64,000 nt of DNA, from positions 192,001 through 256,000 of the forward strand of contig JAZDKB010000019.1 in assembly GCA_043803405.1 (NCBI GenBank), read 5' to 3'. The notes beneath the pieces are model-generated. The model made no database searches. It saw nothing but the letters and a program-made list of their open reading frames with translations, and was not told where the DNA came from. A program made the translations under genes and the position numbers. The stretch is from Spirochaetota bacterium (GTDB taxonomy: Bacteria; Spirochaetota; UBA4802; JAFGDQ01). Shown here in pieces: positions 61,697 to 64,000 of the stretch; position 1 is the first letter of the stretch; each line of letters starts with the position of its first letter.

Positions 61697-63565
61697 TTAT
61701 TCTGCCGGTGTGTTGCAGAAAACAGTGGCATTGGTTTTTAATACTGAGTCCTCGTCGTTAAGAAGAGCTTCTATTCTTCCGAAATATTTCGGGAACTCAG
61801 ATCTAAGGTAGAACTGACCTGAAAGAACGCGTCCGTTATAGTAGGCAGCTTCCTGATTGTCTTTGAGAAATGCCTGAAGATCTGCGCCTTTTTTATCGCC
61901 TGCAAGCTGTTTAAACTTCGGTGTTGCCTTAACAAGTCCCCATAGTGTAAACCATGCATAAGTAAGCATTGTGAATGCTTCCTGGAGCGGTGTAGCGTTT
62001 GCAAGAATTTGCGGGATATTGCCGCCGGCCATTGCCTTTTTCATATTGTCTACTACCTGGTCCATTTCCGCAACGCCGCGTTCGACAATTGCCGCATATT
62101 TGTCGTCAATAACGCCTTTAGCTGCTGCTATAACCTCTTTTATGCGCTTCTTGTAAACACCATAGCTGTACTGCTCTTTATCCATAAGGAGCTTTCTCAT
62201 GGTCAGATCCATGGATTGAATCCCGTTAGTACCCTCGTACAGCGAAAGTATTTTAGAGTCCCTTGAGTACTGCGCTACCGGGTATTCCTCAACAAATCCG
62301 TACCCGCCATAAACCTGAATAGCCATACCAGTGACATCCCAGGACGTGTCAGTGTTTCCGGCTTTGTTGATAGGGATAAGGAATTCCAGCAATGCATTAG
62401 CTTCTTTCTTCGCTTCTCCATCCATTACGTGCATCAGGTCTGTCTGAAGCGCGCAGAAATAATGAAGGCTTCTCATAGCTTCCACTCTGGATTTCATGGA
62501 GAGAAGCATGCGTTTTACGTCCGGGTGATTTACGATCGGAACGCCCTTTGCGTCCGGGCTCTTCTGTGTAATATCTGCGCCCTGTACTCTGTTCTTTGCG
62601 TAGGTTGCAGCGTGCATATAGGCAGCGCTGGAAACAGATACGCCCTGGCCGCCGACATAGTGGCGCACCAGGTTCATCATCTGGAACATGATTGCCATGC
62701 CTTTCTGGCGGCCGCCCATGAGATAACCTTTGCATTTACCTTCGTCGCCAAAGCTCATGCTGCATGTGGCAGATGCCCTGATTCCCATCTTGTGTTCTAT
62801 ACCGCTGCAGACTACATCATTTCTGTCTTTTATACTGCCGTCGGGATTATAGTTCATTTTCGGAACAAAGAATATCGATATGCCCTTTGTTCCTGCGGAG
62901 TCTCCCTCAACGCGTGCAAGCACCGCGTGTGCGATGTTCTTGTAGTAGTTATTGTCGCCTGCTGTAATAAATATTTTATTGCCGCTTATTTTATATTCCG
63001 TATCGTTGATGGGGACGGCTTTGGTTTTAAGTGCGCCCACATCGCATCCGGCGTCGGGTTCTGTAAGGCACATTGTGCCGCCCCATTCGCCGCTTAGTAT
63101 CTTCGATATGATCATTTCTTTATCCGGCCCGTTATAGAAATGCTGAATAAGGGCAAGGGTCCCGAGAGAAAGAATAGTATACATTGTGAAAGCCACGCTG
63201 GCACAGGTAAAGAAATCCGTTGTAGCGGCAAAAATCGAATGCGGCATTCCCATGCCGCCGAGTTCCTGGTCAGTTGATATTCCCAGAAAACCCGCCTCAT
63301 AATAGGCCTTGAAACCAGGGAAGTACTCTTCGGGAATAATGACTTCCTTGGTGTCAGTTTTATACTGTGCGTGTGTTTTATCTGCGGTGGAGTTTGCAGG
63401 ATATACCTGTTCAACCGCGATCGTTTCAGCTAAATCGAGTACGCTGTCAAAAGTATCTCTGTCGAAGTCTGCGAATTTCTGGTGTTTCGTCAAAGAGTCG
63501 ATTTCAAGCATTTCGAAAAGTATGAACCGAACGTCCCTTGAATCAATAATAGGATTAACAGCCAT
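61697..63565 (-). CDS. Acyl-CoA dehydrogenase (long form)
   Basis: GTMCLTEPDAGCD, GNKIFIT, IEHKMGI, MFQMMN, HPDVKRML, IQVYGGYG, YEGTNGIQ. Confidence 0.93.
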   Translation of the reverse strand: MAVNPIIDSRDVRFILFEMLEIDSLTKHQKFADFDRDTFDSVLDLAETIAVEQVYPANSTADKTHAQYKTDTKEVIIPEEYFPGFKAYYEAGFLGISTDQELGGMGMPHSIFAATTDFFTCASVAFTMYTILSLGTLALIQHFYNGPDKEMIISKILSGEWGGTMCLTEPDAGCDVGALKTKAVPINDTEYKISGNKIFITAGDNNYYKNIAHAVLARVEGDSAGTKGISIFFVPKMNYNPDGSIKDRNDVVCSGIEHKMGIRASATCSMSFGDEGKCKGYLMGGRQKGMAIMFQMMNLVRHYVGGQGVSVSSAAYMHAATYAKNRVQGADITQKSPDAKGVPIVNHPDVKRMLLSMKSRVEAMRSLHYFCALQTDLMHVMDGEAKKEANALLEFLIPINKAGNTDTSWDVTGMAIQVYGGYGFVEEYPVAQYSRDSKILSLYEGTNGIQSMDLTMRKLLMDKEQYSYGVYKKRIKEVIAAAKGVIDDKYAAIVERGVAEMDQVVDNMKKAMAGGNIPQILANATPLQEAFTMLTYAWFTLWGLVKATPKFKQLAGDKKGADLQAFLKDNQEAAYYNGRVLSGQFYLRSEFPKYFGRIEALLNDEDSVLKTNATVFCNTPAE

Positions 63566-63873
63566 GAAAAAAACCTCCTGATTGGAAAAATAGTGATTGC
63601 CGCTTTAAAAGCGGCTATATTATAGTGTCTGTTCAGACATATAGCGGCTCTGTTGGTTAAATAATTGACGTCATGTGTGACTTTTTAATTAAAACGAAAT
63701 ATTTATTGATTTCCCTGGCGTGAAACTTTTGTGTTTATTGCTTTAAGGTTAGCGGCAGCTTTGTCGGATGCTTTGAAATTCATAAATATTTTTTTAAGTA
63801 ATTAAGCATTAAGGTTTTTTAAAAAGTCGCACATTGCGTTAATAATCAGAAAAATTAATGTTTTTATCCAACC

Positions 63874-63913
63874 CAACACCAGAGGTGTATGGGGGGTAAC
63901 ACCTCTGGTGTTG
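63874..63913. repeat. Perfect 15-bp inverted repeat
   Basis: CAACACCAGAGGTGT-10 nt-ACACCTCTGGTGTTG. Confidence 0.6.
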
Positions 63914-64000
63914 TTGGGGGTTTGGATTCTATTAATATTGATTATTTCTGGGCACCCATTTGTGCACGTTCAGCTTTAGAATGCTCCAAAAGATAATCTT

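Overview
Bacterial chromosomal window, AT-rich between genes. The gene content suggests an anaerobic, LPS-producing Spirochaetota relative of Leptospira; this is inference only (FecR/adenylate cyclase module, waaA plus a GT9 heptosyltransferase, groES-groEL with CIRCE). The backbone carries a branched-chain amino acid ABC transporter, aroA, LPS core genes, rsmE-thiS-thiE, pssA, moaC, moaA, groES/groEL, a tail-specific protease, an acyl-CoA dehydrogenase and tRNA-Asp. Four accessory loci stand out. (1) A compact four-gene RiPP cluster at 13.6-18.7 kb: nitrile-hydratase-like leader precursor with the short acidic core SWMTEDDAYDIPCIRCV, radical SAM/SPASM enzyme, fused YcaO cyclodehydratase and SagB-type dehydrogenase, with no exporter or peptidase. 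This is the best candidate for an undescribed system. (2) A four-gene Ig-lipoprotein / adenylate cyclase / FecR-FN3 / beta-barrel operon that looks like a trans-envelope cAMP signalling device. (3) An astacin / porin / tetraheme cytochrome c / HAMP-like operon. (4) A roughly 13.5 kb aldehyde oxidoreductase (Mop-type) locus with poorly understood accessory genes, ending beside tRNA-Asp and att-like repeats. A nested MITE-like repeat occurs twice. All calls come from motif recognition by eye; no searches were run.
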